DNA of 58,647 nt from a virus (Duplodnaviria; Caudoviricetes). The notes beneath the pieces are model-generated. The model saw only the letters and a program-made list of their open reading frames with translations, had not been told where the DNA came from and ran no database searches. This document shows, one piece after another, positions 19,512 through 27,581 of this stretch (its first letter is position 1; each line of letters begins with the position of its first letter). The position numbers and the translations under genes were made by a program. Where the stretch lies: positions 1 to 58,647 of IMG/VR virus record IMGVR_UViG_3300034012_002112. One strand, written 5' to 3'.

Positions 19512-19689
19512 CTTTGATAGAGGTCAGGTCCCTGCTTGCACACCTGATCCATTATCGAAGTCCTGGGCAACCAGGCCAGGGGGATGGCCTCCCCTGCCAA
19601 TAACACCCCCTATGCTTAGCTCCTATACATAGACCATTTTGTTGATATCACCAAAATGGTTTTTAGGATGATGCACAAACCTGGGGGTC
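19512..19689 (+). ncRNA. multi-helix structured RNA, unassigned
   Basis: Stems CTTTGATAG/TTATCGAAG, GGTCAGGT/ACCTGATC, CCTGG-GCAA-CCAGG, CAGGGG/CCCCTG, ACCCCC/GGGGGT, TCCTA/TAGGA, ACCATTTTG/CAAAATGGT. Confidence 0.6.
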
Positions 19690-19692
19690 ACT

Positions 19693-19769
19693 GGGTCGGT
19701 AGTCCATTGGCAAGGACAGGGCGACAAGCCACACTGCACTGACAGTCGGTTCGATTCCGGCACGACCCT
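19693..19769 (+). ncRNA. tRNA-like RNA without canonical anticodon arm
   Basis: Acceptor GGGTCG/CGACCC, D arm GTCC-ATTGGCAA-GGAC, T arm GTCGG-TTCGATT-CCGGC; 26-nt middle has only GGC-GACAA-GCC. Confidence 0.7.
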
Positions 19770-19770
19770 T

Positions 19771-19808
19771 GGGGTACTCGCCAGGCAGATAGCCTGGAAG
19801 GAGGCCCC
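19771..19808 (+). ncRNA. GC-rich hairpin between the tRNA-like elements
   Basis: GGGG..CTC..CCAGGC-AGATA-GCCTGG..GAG..CCCC. Confidence 0.45.
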
Positions 19809-19812
19809 GTTT

Positions 19813-19883
19813 CGGGATGTAGTAGAAAAGTATCACACTGCTTTTGGGAAGCAGAGGAGAAGGGGCGGTACCTTCCATCCCGA
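19813..19883 (+). tRNA. trnP: tRNA-Pro(TGG), atypical D and T loops
   Basis: CGGGATG/CATCCCG acceptor, A73, CTGCT-TTTGGGA-AGCAG anticodon arm, GAAGG-GGCGGTA-CCTTC T arm; CCA not encoded. Confidence 0.8.
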
Positions 19884-19928
19884 TTCCTAATAAATTACTT
19901 ATATTAAGCAGACAACTAAAAGTTATTT

Positions 19929-20189
19929 ATGCCCTGGGCCAAGGGTAAAGAACGCATCCACCAAAATAGACAGAAGCTCTTGGAGTACAAGAAAACTTTG
20001 AAATGCAAAGAGTGTGGGATAGATGATCATCGTGTCCTGGAGTTCCACCACGTTGGGGATAAGGACAAGAATGTTTCAGACATGGTAAATCATGGTTACG
20101 GCTGGAGCCGCATCCAAGAAGAGATTGATAAGTGTATTCCGTTATGCTGCAACTGCCACAGGCTCATCCATTGCGAAGCGTCGCCTTGA
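19929..20189 (+). CDS. HNH endonuclease (small Zn-binding type)
   Basis: CKECG...LEFHH...KCIPLCCNCHRLIH. Confidence 0.85.
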   Translation: MPWAKGKERIHQNRQKLLEYKKTLKCKECGIDDHRVLEFHHVGDKDKNVSDMVNHGYGWSRIQEEIDKCIPLCCNCHRLIHCEASP

Positions 20190-20715
20190 TTTGCCAAGCA
20201 GCCTTGAATGCTTCACCGGTTAGTTCTGCCATGTAGTTCTGAATATCAATGGCACCAACCTTGGCGGCAATGGGTTCCAGCTTCTTGCACTTCATGCCCA
20301 GTTCTTCCAGGTTCTTGTAGTACACAGCAAGCATATCGTTACCCTTGTAGCTGGTAACGTTCTGGATACCAGGGCCTGCGTCTGCCAGCCCACGGGCACA
20401 CATTGGCAGAAGGTAGTCCATGGACCTGATGAACTCACTTAACGTATCGAACTGTTCAAGATGAGCCTCGTACTGGTCTTTAAGGAACCCATGCACACCG
20501 AGGAAGTTCGACCCCTCGTAGTTCAGGTGAATGAGATGGGACTGTGTTTGAAGTTCCTTGAGATAGGAACAGAGGGAGATGCACTGCTGAATGAAGGCCC
20601 CGACATCACCATTCTTTGATTTACCAGGAGCCTTGGGTTTGTCCTGGGGCTGGGGAGTGGCTTGAGTTGGGGCAGTTTGCGGAGCAGGAGCCGCTTGAGG
20701 ACCAGGGGTATACAT
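20164..20715 (-). CDS. dps: Dps/ferritin-like protein
   Basis: HLIHLNYEGSNFLGVHGFLKDQYE...DTLSEFIRS...KAAWQI. Confidence 0.8.
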   Translation of the reverse strand: MYTPGPQAAPAPQTAPTQATPQPQDKPKAPGKSKNGDVGAFIQQCISLCSYLKELQTQSHLIHLNYEGSNFLGVHGFLKDQYEAHLEQFDTLSEFIRSMDYLLPMCARGLADAGPGIQNVTSYKGNDMLAVYYKNLEELGMKCKKLEPIAAKVGAIDIQNYMAELTGEAFKAAWQIKATLRNG

Positions 20716-20785
20716 AATTCTTAAGCTGTATTTACAGTTTAAACTAAACTAACAATGGGTTTAGAATAAAAAAAACAGAAAAACA

Positions 20786-21124
20786 ATGCACAATACACAA
20801 GGGTTTTTTACTACTTACGAATCTCTTGCCGCCCCTGCATCTGGACAAAGCACACTGGTCCAGCTGGGTGGAGATATTGTGACACAAAATTACACTTTAT
20901 TTACAACTGTCAGCAATATTAATACTAACGTTGTTATTGCTTTAAACGGTTCAATTGATGGTGAAAATTGGTCTAAAATTATTGGAAATACTACTATCTC
21001 AACAAACGGAACCTCCCATATAAACGTTGCAAACCACCCAGTTAAATACGTTCAGCCAATTTTTGTTTCTGAGTCAGGCGGAACAGCTGCAACAGTTTTA
21101 TTTTCTCTTGGAGCAAGTGCTTGA
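20786..21124 (+). CDS. hypothetical beta-sandwich protein, likely virion
   Basis: LNGSIDGENW motif; TAGAAT upstream. Confidence 0.7.
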   Translation: MHNTQGFFTTYESLAAPASGQSTLVQLGGDIVTQNYTLFTTVSNINTNVVIALNGSIDGENWSKIIGNTTISTNGTSHINVANHPVKYVQPIFVSESGGTAATVLFSLGASA

Positions 21125-21279
21125 TTTATAATGTGACCAGCGGAACCTTTACTGCTTCTGGTGCAACCTTTATTACTACGTTAATCAATGCAGCTGATGA
21201 CACTGCAGCTCAGGCAAGTGGTGTAGCCGTTGGTCAGCTTTATCGCACTAGCTCTGCTATTAAAGTCCGGGTCTCCTGA
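21121..21279 (+). CDS. small fibre-tip-like peptide
   Basis: TTG start (TTGA overlap, GGAG 7 nt upstream); ...AADDTAAQASGVAVGQLYRTSSAIKVRVS. Confidence 0.55.
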   Translation: MIYNVTSGTFTASGATFITTLINAADDTAAQASGVAVGQLYRTSSAIKVRVS

Positions 21280-21482
21280 TCCCAACCGTCAATCAAATGA
21301 CCATAGTCCCGTGGCTCAGTCACAGGAATATGTGTTGATTTGCAGACATCACAATTCCCGTAATGATAGGTGGCATAGTGTTGCTTAGGTGCTTCTACAT
21401 CGCACTGATACCACCTGCCGTACTTGGTACCGCAGCTGTCGCAGATCCAGACGGGATAGTCAGGCTTCTTCTTTCTTGCCAC
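21240..21482 (-). CDS. Zn-finger hypothetical protein
   Basis: WICDSCG...CDVC...VTEPRDYG. Confidence 0.7.
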   Translation of the reverse strand: MARKKKPDYPVWICDSCGTKYGRWYQCDVEAPKQHYATYHYGNCDVCKSTHIPVTEPRDYGHLIDGWDQETRTLIAELVR

Positions 21483-21816
21483 TGATCAAGTCCAAAAATA
21501 CCTTGGCCTTATCGTACTCATGTTTTGTGTAGTTGTAGTTGTCAGTTGCAGCCGTTAACAATGCACTGAACAACTGTTCACCAGAGAGATCACAACTGAA
21601 CTCAGCCAATGTATCAGCAAAATACTCAGTTGCTTTCTTTAAGGACAACTGCTCAGCATCACTGACAAGTTGAGCAACAGCATTGGTGGTGTCGTGCAGG
21701 TTCTCACGACTGTCCTTGGTTTCCATGGGGGTATCAATCTCAGCTATTAGCCTATGGTTTCGATACCACTTTTGCCATTCCTTAATGGAATCAATAGGTT
21801 CGTTGGTGGTGTCCAT
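21460..21816 (-). CDS. hypothetical protein
   Basis: 118-aa ORF. Confidence 0.7.
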   Translation of the reverse strand: MDTTNEPIDSIKEWQKWYRNHRLIAEIDTPMETKDSRENLHDTTNAVAQLVSDAEQLSLKKATEYFADTLAEFSCDLSGEQLFSALLTAATDNYNYTKHEYDKAKVFLDLISGKKEEA

Positions 21817-21820
21817 AAGT

Positions 21821-21853
21821 AAAAGGGACGCACCACTAGCGTGGCACGTCCTT
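21821..21853 (-). terminator. probable rho-independent terminator
   Basis: GGACGTG...CGTCCC-TTTT hairpin. Confidence 0.5.
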
Positions 21854-21880
21854 AAGTAATGTTCAGTTCAGTGTAGACAT

Positions 21881-22174
21881 TTATGCAGGTTGAAGTTGTC
21901 CTTCTTCATAAAGACGGACAGCTTCCATCATTTCGAAGTAACGGTTACGCATAACAGGGCCTGCTTCCCGAATACAGAAGTCAGCCCAGAGTCCGGTATA
22001 CAAACCATGCATTGGATGGCTGGGATCCTGGCGACCAGAACACTGATACATGTGTTCCATAAAGTCGGACTTCCGTTGTTCTGCCGGAACACTCCAGTTG
22101 CGGAGTTGTTCCTTTAACCAAGGGGTATCAAAAGCACCAGCAGTGTTGAGTTTTTTAGCCAGATCTTCAGTCAT
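21881..22174 (-). CDS. hypothetical protein
   Basis: MTEDLAKK...FMEHMYQCSGR...LYTGLW. Confidence 0.7.
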   Translation of the reverse strand: MTEDLAKKLNTAGAFDTPWLKEQLRNWSVPAEQRKSDFMEHMYQCSGRQDPSHPMHGLYTGLWADFCIREAGPVMRNRYFEMMEAVRLYEEGQLQPA

Positions 22175-22364
22175 TGTTAACAATTGCTGTGATGGAAGTG
22201 TAGACGCCGACCACGTCAGGGCTGGATTCAAACAGGAGATTGTCTAGCTCATCCTGGAGAGCAGCAGCCACTTGATCAGGTGTTCGCCCAGTGAACGGGT
22301 CGTAGTCTACCTCAAGATCAACCGCAAATGATACGGTTAACTTTGGCACAGTAATTGGTTCCAT
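22167..22364 (-). CDS. hypothetical protein
   Basis: 65 aa, overlaps the downstream start. Confidence 0.65.
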   Translation of the reverse strand: MEPITVPKLTVSFAVDLEVDYDPFTGRTPDQVAAALQDELDNLLFESSPDVVGVYTSITAIVNND

Positions 22365-22423
22365 TCCTTGATGAAAGGTTCCAATTACTGTAGCAGTAAA
22401 TTAAAAACAATTAGTGAGTAGGA

Positions 22424-24121
22424 CTACGCGCCCTTGAGAGCTGCTACTTCAGCTTCCAAGGTTTCGATGCGCAGTTGTGCCTCCTGCAGTGCTTTGATGG
22501 CCATCCACATCATCTGTTGGTCCTTGACGCCGAGGCGTTCTTCTTGGGCAGGCTCGGTCTCGGTGGCTTCTTTAGCTTCCTGGAAGACCGTGATCACTTC
22601 CGGGCAGCTTTCAGCCACCTGCTGGGCAATGACGCCCATGTTCAGGTCAGCGTCGTCAGGCTGGTCCTTGTAGCGGAAGTTAACGATCTCCCATTCCTTC
22701 AGGCAGTCCCAAGTGTCATTGGCTGGGGTGATGTCCTTCTTGGTATTTATGTCAGATAGGTTGACATTGTTAGCACTATAATTAGCAACGCCACCGTTTG
22801 AACGGACCGCAAATCTGGTAGTCGATGTATCCCCGCAAGCAATAAAAGCATTTGAAGTATCGTTTGGCGCTTGCCCAGTGTAATTAATAGATATGCCGCC
22901 AAGACCACCCGAAGTAGCTGTGTGGTCTATCCATAAAGCATTGTCTCCCCCAGTACTTTGTCTAAACTCGTGATACAAACCAGTTGCGTTTCTGTAACCA
23001 CCAGTATTCGATGCCTTAAGGAAGCCGCTTGATGTAATCCTCATCCGCTCCGTAGGACTAGACGCGCCGTCTGCGGTAGTGGAGAACACTAAACGCGACG
23101 GGTAGTCATTCGTAGTGTTCCAGTTGGCATCGGCTACAGCTTCAATAACTGCAGAAACCGTTGACTCGGAGTTGCTGAACTGGATGCTGCCTAGGGATTC
23201 TCCGCTAAGGATGCTGGCGTTATTTTCGCCACGACGCAGTTGAATAATCGCATCTCCAGCAGAGCTGCTTGAATTACCTTGGACTTGAAGTAGTGCAGTG
23301 CTAGAAGTCGAAGACGTGCCAACTAACAGGCGTTTTGAACTATCAATGCGAAGCGCCTCGTCTCCACCAATTTGAAACTGGTAGTTATTAAGGTCTGAGC
23401 CGACATTAAATCGAACACCTACAGAAGCAACGTTCCTTTTAATTGTGAAGTCAGCACCATCACCCAACTGGATACCAGATTCCGCGCTTGTATCGCCAAG
23501 ATTGAGAGCTGTGGCAGGTGCAGTAGTGCCAATCCCTACACGGTTATTAACAGCATCAACATATAAAGTTGTTAAGTCAATTGCAACATTACCATTTTCG
23601 TCAACAGTAAGTTTGTCATCGTTACCAGCTTTGCTGATTGTAAATGTATTATTGTTAATGCCACTAATACCTACACGCCATCTTACTGTTTGACTTGAAG
23701 CAATATTAAAACAGACAGATGGTGCAGCATTTCCATTAATAAAAATACCTTCATAATTAGTTGAGTTACTTACGTGTAAAGATTGTTGAGGATCTGCCAT
23801 GTTAATACCAACACGACCAGTTGCGCCAATATACAAGCGTTGAGTACCACCTGTTGCAAGAGCTAGTTGATCTGCCCCTGGTGAGTACATCCCAGTGTCT
23901 GGGTCTGTGGTCCAGCTATAAGTTGGAGCGGAAGCACTACCTAATGAAACAGCTTCTAATTGACCTGCGGAATCAATCCGTAAGCGTTCAGTTGTATTGG
24001 TTGCAAACGACAGTTGATTTGTCGCAGACAGGTACACACCATTTGCAGGTGCACTACTTGTTCCAGTAAAAGAAAGTGCCTGAACTAAATTATCAATTAG
24101 CTGGGCTTTTGTCTGCGACAT
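22424..24121 (-). CDS. tail fibre with S74 chaperone, outside the tail module
   Basis: DPDTGMYSPGADQLAL, RVGIGT repeats, SDINTKKDI...GVIAQQV...coiled coil. Confidence 0.9.
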   Translation of the reverse strand: MSQTKAQLIDNLVQALSFTGTSSAPANGVYLSATNQLSFATNTTERLRIDSAGQLEAVSLGSASAPTYSWTTDPDTGMYSPGADQLALATGGTQRLYIGATGRVGINMADPQQSLHVSNSTNYEGIFINGNAAPSVCFNIASSQTVRWRVGISGINNNTFTISKAGNDDKLTVDENGNVAIDLTTLYVDAVNNRVGIGTTAPATALNLGDTSAESGIQLGDGADFTIKRNVASVGVRFNVGSDLNNYQFQIGGDEALRIDSSKRLLVGTSSTSSTALLQVQGNSSSSAGDAIIQLRRGENNASILSGESLGSIQFSNSESTVSAVIEAVADANWNTTNDYPSRLVFSTTADGASSPTERMRITSSGFLKASNTGGYRNATGLYHEFRQSTGGDNALWIDHTATSGGLGGISINYTGQAPNDTSNAFIACGDTSTTRFAVRSNGGVANYSANNVNLSDINTKKDITPANDTWDCLKEWEIVNFRYKDQPDDADLNMGVIAQQVAESCPEVITVFQEAKEATETEPAQEERLGVKDQQMMWMAIKALQEAQLRIETLEAEVAALKGA

Positions 24122-24156
24122 CTTAAAGAACGGTTTCCAGTTCCTTCATTTTAATG

Positions 24157-24417
24157 TCAGTTGCCCAATAACTTTTCAAGGGAATGTGCTTGGTGTTGTT
24201 GGTAAAAACCAAGCCGTTCTTGAATTACATTGTAATAGTTGATAGCACCATCAACCATTTCTTCTGCTGTCATCTGAGAAGCCAGTGCTTCATTCGATAA
24301 CATGGCTGCCACCAACATGGTAACACCCCACTCTTGCTTACTGCCAACCAGTGCAGAAAGGGGAGTCCCATCTTGCGTGAACCCAGCCAGTAGTTTGGAA
24401 ACGTTCCCGTCAATCAT
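24157..24417 (-). CDS. hypothetical protein
   Basis: 86 aa. Confidence 0.7.
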   Translation of the reverse strand: MIDGNVSKLLAGFTQDGTPLSALVGSKQEWGVTMLVAAMLSNEALASQMTAEEMVDGAINYYNVIQERLGFYQQHQAHSLEKLLGN

Positions 24418-24452
24418 GGGACCCCTTGCATATTTATTTATTGTATTGCCAT

Positions 24453-24860
24453 TTATTTCTCAGCCCGTGCCAGGTAATACCAATAAGCACGTGCTGCATT
24501 CTGATTGAACCGTTTGCCTTGTAGAAGCTTGAGCTTTTTGTGTTCAAGATCTTCTACATGGTTGCTCTGGTAAGGAGGCACATCATCACCGTCATAGAGC
24601 ATGGATGTCTCCAGTTCATTCATTTGCAACTGCAGATTGAAATCATCAACAGCATGGTTGTGGCAGCTCATACGGATATGAGCATCCTCCAGATCAGTCG
24701 GAGGTTCCAGCTTCAGATAGAAGCTCTCCGAAATGTTGGGATGCATCCAAATCCAAGTCTGATCCTGTGACGATTCGTTTGGTGCGGACACTGTATTCTT
24801 GGACGACTTTGACTCCATGGGGCAGGGGTTGACCGGTTTTGTAGGCGTTGCGGAGGGCAT
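24453..24860 (-). CDS. hypothetical protein (start uncertain)
   Basis: Overlaps the 3' end of the upstream gene. Confidence 0.6.
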   Translation of the reverse strand: MPSATPTKPVNPCPMESKSSKNTVSAPNESSQDQTWIWMHPNISESFYLKLEPPTDLEDAHIRMSCHNHAVDDFNLQLQMNELETSMLYDGDDVPPYQSNHVEDLEHKKLKLLQGKRFNQNAARAYWYYLARAEK

Positions 24861-25407
24861 CTGAATTAGGAAGGATTTCAGTTTTTGTTTTAGGTTCGAT
24901 CTTCTCTTCGAGGATCGAACCGTCCATAGAACGTACCACGGTTTGCTTGGTTGTGGTGACTTCTTGTTCTATACAGAATTGCTGGCGCTCCTCTGCAGTC
25001 CAATACTCATGGTCAGATGAGATCTCAACAGTCAGATCTTTCTTCTTGACCAGGACAAACTGGTAGTTCCGTCCTGTGATCTTGTTTTCATCCTTAGGCA
25101 GCGACCGACGCAGCCAGCTCAGTAAACTCTTGAGCCCCCGCAGCTGGGATTCGTGGTGACGTTTGGCTTGACCCAGAAGCTCTGATTCTTTCTTGATGCG
25201 CTCCAGTGCTTCCTCATGGGACGCCAACGCGTAATGAATACGATCCACCTTTTCAGACCGTAGCTTGGCGCAAGCTTCCAGCTCAGCTCGTGCCATGTCC
25301 TGGGATTCAGGAGTGAGGAGAGGAAGAGAGCGTTCCAGGGCACCATAGTGCTCGTACAGCTGGAGGACATTGAGTTCTTTTAGTTTAGTTTGAGTGACTT
25401 GCGTCAT
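24694..25407 (-). CDS. Siphovirus Gp157/Gam-like coiled-coil protein
   Basis: EKVDRI...RIKKESELL...LKSLL...PHGVKVVQ pattern. Confidence 0.65.
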   Translation of the reverse strand: MTQVTQTKLKELNVLQLYEHYGALERSLPLLTPESQDMARAELEACAKLRSEKVDRIHYALASHEEALERIKKESELLGQAKRHHESQLRGLKSLLSWLRRSLPKDENKITGRNYQFVLVKKKDLTVEISSDHEYWTAEERQQFCIEQEVTTTKQTVVRSMDGSILEEKIEPKTKTEILPNSDALRNAYKTGQPLPHGVKVVQEYSVRTKRIVTGSDLDLDASQHFGELLSEAGTSD

Positions 25408-25409
25408 GA

Positions 25410-25529
25410 TCAGATGGTGTTGAAGTGGGATTGAATTTTGTTGAGTGTGTAGGCCAGCAGCGCTGCGGCTGCTGTCCAAAGAAGATCTTTTAATACAGGA
25501 AGTAAAGTTCCAATCAAAGATTCAAACAT
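25410..25529 (-). CDS. small TM peptide
   Basis: MFESLIGTLLPVLKDLLWTAAAALLAYTLNKIQSHFNTI. Confidence 0.6.
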   Translation of the reverse strand: MFESLIGTLLPVLKDLLWTAAAALLAYTLNKIQSHFNTI

Positions 25530-25552
25530 GAGATTGAACTGTGTTGTGTTGG

Positions 25553-25580
25553 TGGGTAGTTTTACGTCGTGCCCAGGACG
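25553..25580 (-). promoter_or_regulatory. leader pseudoknot motif, copy 1
   Basis: CGTC-CTGGGCAC-GACG-TAAAAC-TACCCA. Confidence 0.75.
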
Positions 25581-25598
25581 GCTCCACTGCAAGCGGAG

Positions 25599-25841
25599 TT
25601 AGTCTACCAGCTCTGTCAAGTCCTGATACCAGTCGGGAATTTCTTCCCCCAAGACTTCAGCACAGGCAGCATGGAGGGCAGACATAACAAAAGCCTTCTG
25701 CCCTTCTTCACCCCAGCTGGTCCAGAGTGCTAGATCAGGATCAGTATCATCCCATTCGATATGAATGGTGCAGCTACCGTCTTCCTCATCAATCACCTCG
25801 ATCTTTAGCTTTTCTGTCCAGTTCGTGTTCGACATGGCCAA
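25599..25841 (-). CDS. acidic hypothetical protein
   Basis: EEDGSCTIHIEWDDTDP. Confidence 0.7.
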   Translation of the reverse strand: MAMSNTNWTEKLKIEVIDEEDGSCTIHIEWDDTDPDLALWTSWGEEGQKAFVMSALHAACAEVLGEEIPDWYQDLTELVD

Positions 25842-26100
25842 TTAGTACGTTTTGTGCGTAATCCTCATGATGCATCTTAAGGTCAGCTGCTAACTTAACC
25901 AGCTCCCAGTGAGTATCCTCTGGGACTTCAAGGTCATAACGTGTGTTGGGTTTCATGCGAGGTTGAGTTGCAAGTTGACGGGCGTAATCAAAAATGTCAT
26001 CGTCATCGGTTGGCGTGACATGCAGTTGTGTTGATGGGCACGTTGTACCCAAACGAAACTTCTCAATTCTTGCTGTGGAAAAGATTAAATCATTTGTCAT
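25789..26100 (-). CDS. possible ribbon-helix-helix DNA-binding protein
   Basis: RYDLEVPEDTHWELVKLAADLKM..EDYAQNVL. Confidence 0.55.
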   Translation of the reverse strand: MTNDLIFSTARIEKFRLGTTCPSTQLHVTPTDDDDIFDYARQLATQPRMKPNTRYDLEVPEDTHWELVKLAADLKMHHEDYAQNVLIGHVEHELDRKAKDRGD

Positions 26101-27041
26101 TTCTTAATAACAGATTGGAGTTGAGGTAGTGCAATGCCAGGGAATGGAACGTAGCCAGCCTCCAGCATATTGAAGAACAAATCCCAGGCATCGTTCTGTG
26201 TGAACACTTCTTTGGGTTTGTAGGTACGCCAGTGGGTCAGTGGAGCCTGTGCTCCTGACTTGGTGTGCAGCAGAACAAAACGTCCATCACTGTGGGCATC
26301 AGAAGGTGGCGCATACCACCAGGCCACACACTTATCAGGCACACCACTGGGGCTAGCATTCCGTGCTTCTGTGCGTTTGCACAGCAACTCACGGTATTTG
26401 TGGAACCAGGTCAGATGGATACACCAGGGTCGGAAGCCTTGGATCTCCTTCTGGAATTCCGAAACATTAAGAAGCTGACGCTGAAAGGACCCACATGAGC
26501 AATAAGGTTCAAGAGCGACGGGCGGTACACCTGCGACTTCCTCCTCCATGTTAGACTCCAAGTCCACGGGCCGATTCGGAAGCCGCATCCCATCCGGCGC
26601 CACCAGATGTCCAAGGTCCGCCTGGTCCGACTGCAGGAGGGCAGTGAGTTTGGCAGGATCTGATAGGTGTATAAATTTGTCTGCCCAATGCGCCTGTAAT
26701 TGGGCGTTGGCTGTGATGTGTCCGAGTGCATGGGAATAGTGCCAGCCTTTAAACATAATGTAGGCATTGTGATGCCAGATGCTTGGACCCCTGTAGTTCG
26801 GTCCTAAGTAAGCAAAGAAATCCTTCAGCCGATTGCTGTAATCCATGAAGGCATGTTGGATCAGCGGCCTGTTGTAAGTCTGCTCACTACCATCCCTACG
26901 CACCACAAGGCAAGAATCATCTCGCAGATAAATGCCGGAGATGTCGCTGTCATCAAAATCCTTGAACGCACGCCGGAGGTTCGTCCGCGTGTAGATGCAC
27001 GCCTGCGCTGCGTTGAGTTCCTGGAGCGTTTCCGTTGACAT
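26097..27041 (-). CDS. SWIM Zn-finger protein
   Basis: YCSCGSF...WCIHL (CxC-xn-CxH). Confidence 0.75.
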   Translation of the reverse strand: MSTETLQELNAAQACIYTRTNLRRAFKDFDDSDISGIYLRDDSCLVVRRDGSEQTYNRPLIQHAFMDYSNRLKDFFAYLGPNYRGPSIWHHNAYIMFKGWHYSHALGHITANAQLQAHWADKFIHLSDPAKLTALLQSDQADLGHLVAPDGMRLPNRPVDLESNMEEEVAGVPPVALEPYCSCGSFQRQLLNVSEFQKEIQGFRPWCIHLTWFHKYRELLCKRTEARNASPSGVPDKCVAWWYAPPSDAHSDGRFVLLHTKSGAQAPLTHWRTYKPKEVFTQNDAWDLFFNMLEAGYVPFPGIALPQLQSVIKK

Positions 27042-27065
27042 GATTTGAATTGAGTTGAGGTTGAA

Positions 27066-27272
27066 TCAGATGAAGAGGTCCGTGTCCTGGTCCTCTTGCC
27101 CTTTGAGTTTAGACGACGGTTGGGCGTTTGCATAAGCGCTTTTAGCAATCCGATAGGTTGCGTAGGCCAGTGCACCCCAGGCAACGGGGTTACCAACGAC
27201 TGCAAGAATACCGGCACCTACAACACCAAAGGTACCGGCTGTAACAATTGCAGCTTTTTCTTTAGGTTTCAT
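27066..27272 (-). CDS. small membrane protein
   Basis: MKPKEKAAIVTAGTFGVVGAGILAVVGNPVAWGALAY. Confidence 0.65.
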   Translation of the reverse strand: MKPKEKAAIVTAGTFGVVGAGILAVVGNPVAWGALAYATYRIAKSAYANAQPSSKLKGQEDQDTDLFI

Positions 27273-27314
27273 GTGTTTGAGTAGAATTAAAATGAAGTGT
27301 TCGGTGGTGTACAC

Positions 27315-27581
27315 ATGGAAATCAAGTACGTCCCGCTTAATAAATTCCAGATTGAACCTTCAATGGAAGATAAGTTCTGGGAAGAAAAGATCAAACGTTC
27401 CATAGAAGAATGTAATTCGGTAAGTACCTTGAAAGAAATGGCGACCCTCTTGGCGAGGATCGCCACTCAACGTCAAGGTGTAATCCGTGGATTAGTTCAA
27501 GACATGTTCATCTTCAACAATGTTGCAGTTGAACAGGATGACCTGACTAATCCAGATATCCCGAACGGGAATAAACCTTAG
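27315..27581 (+). CDS. nblA: NblA-like phycobilisome degradation protein
   Basis: PSMEDKFWEEKIKRSIEEC.SVSTLKEMATLLARIATQRQGVIRGLV resembles the NblA two-helix pattern; TAGAAT upstream. Confidence 0.55.
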   Translation: MEIKYVPLNKFQIEPSMEDKFWEEKIKRSIEECNSVSTLKEMATLLARIATQRQGVIRGLVQDMFIFNNVAVEQDDLTNPDIPNGNKP

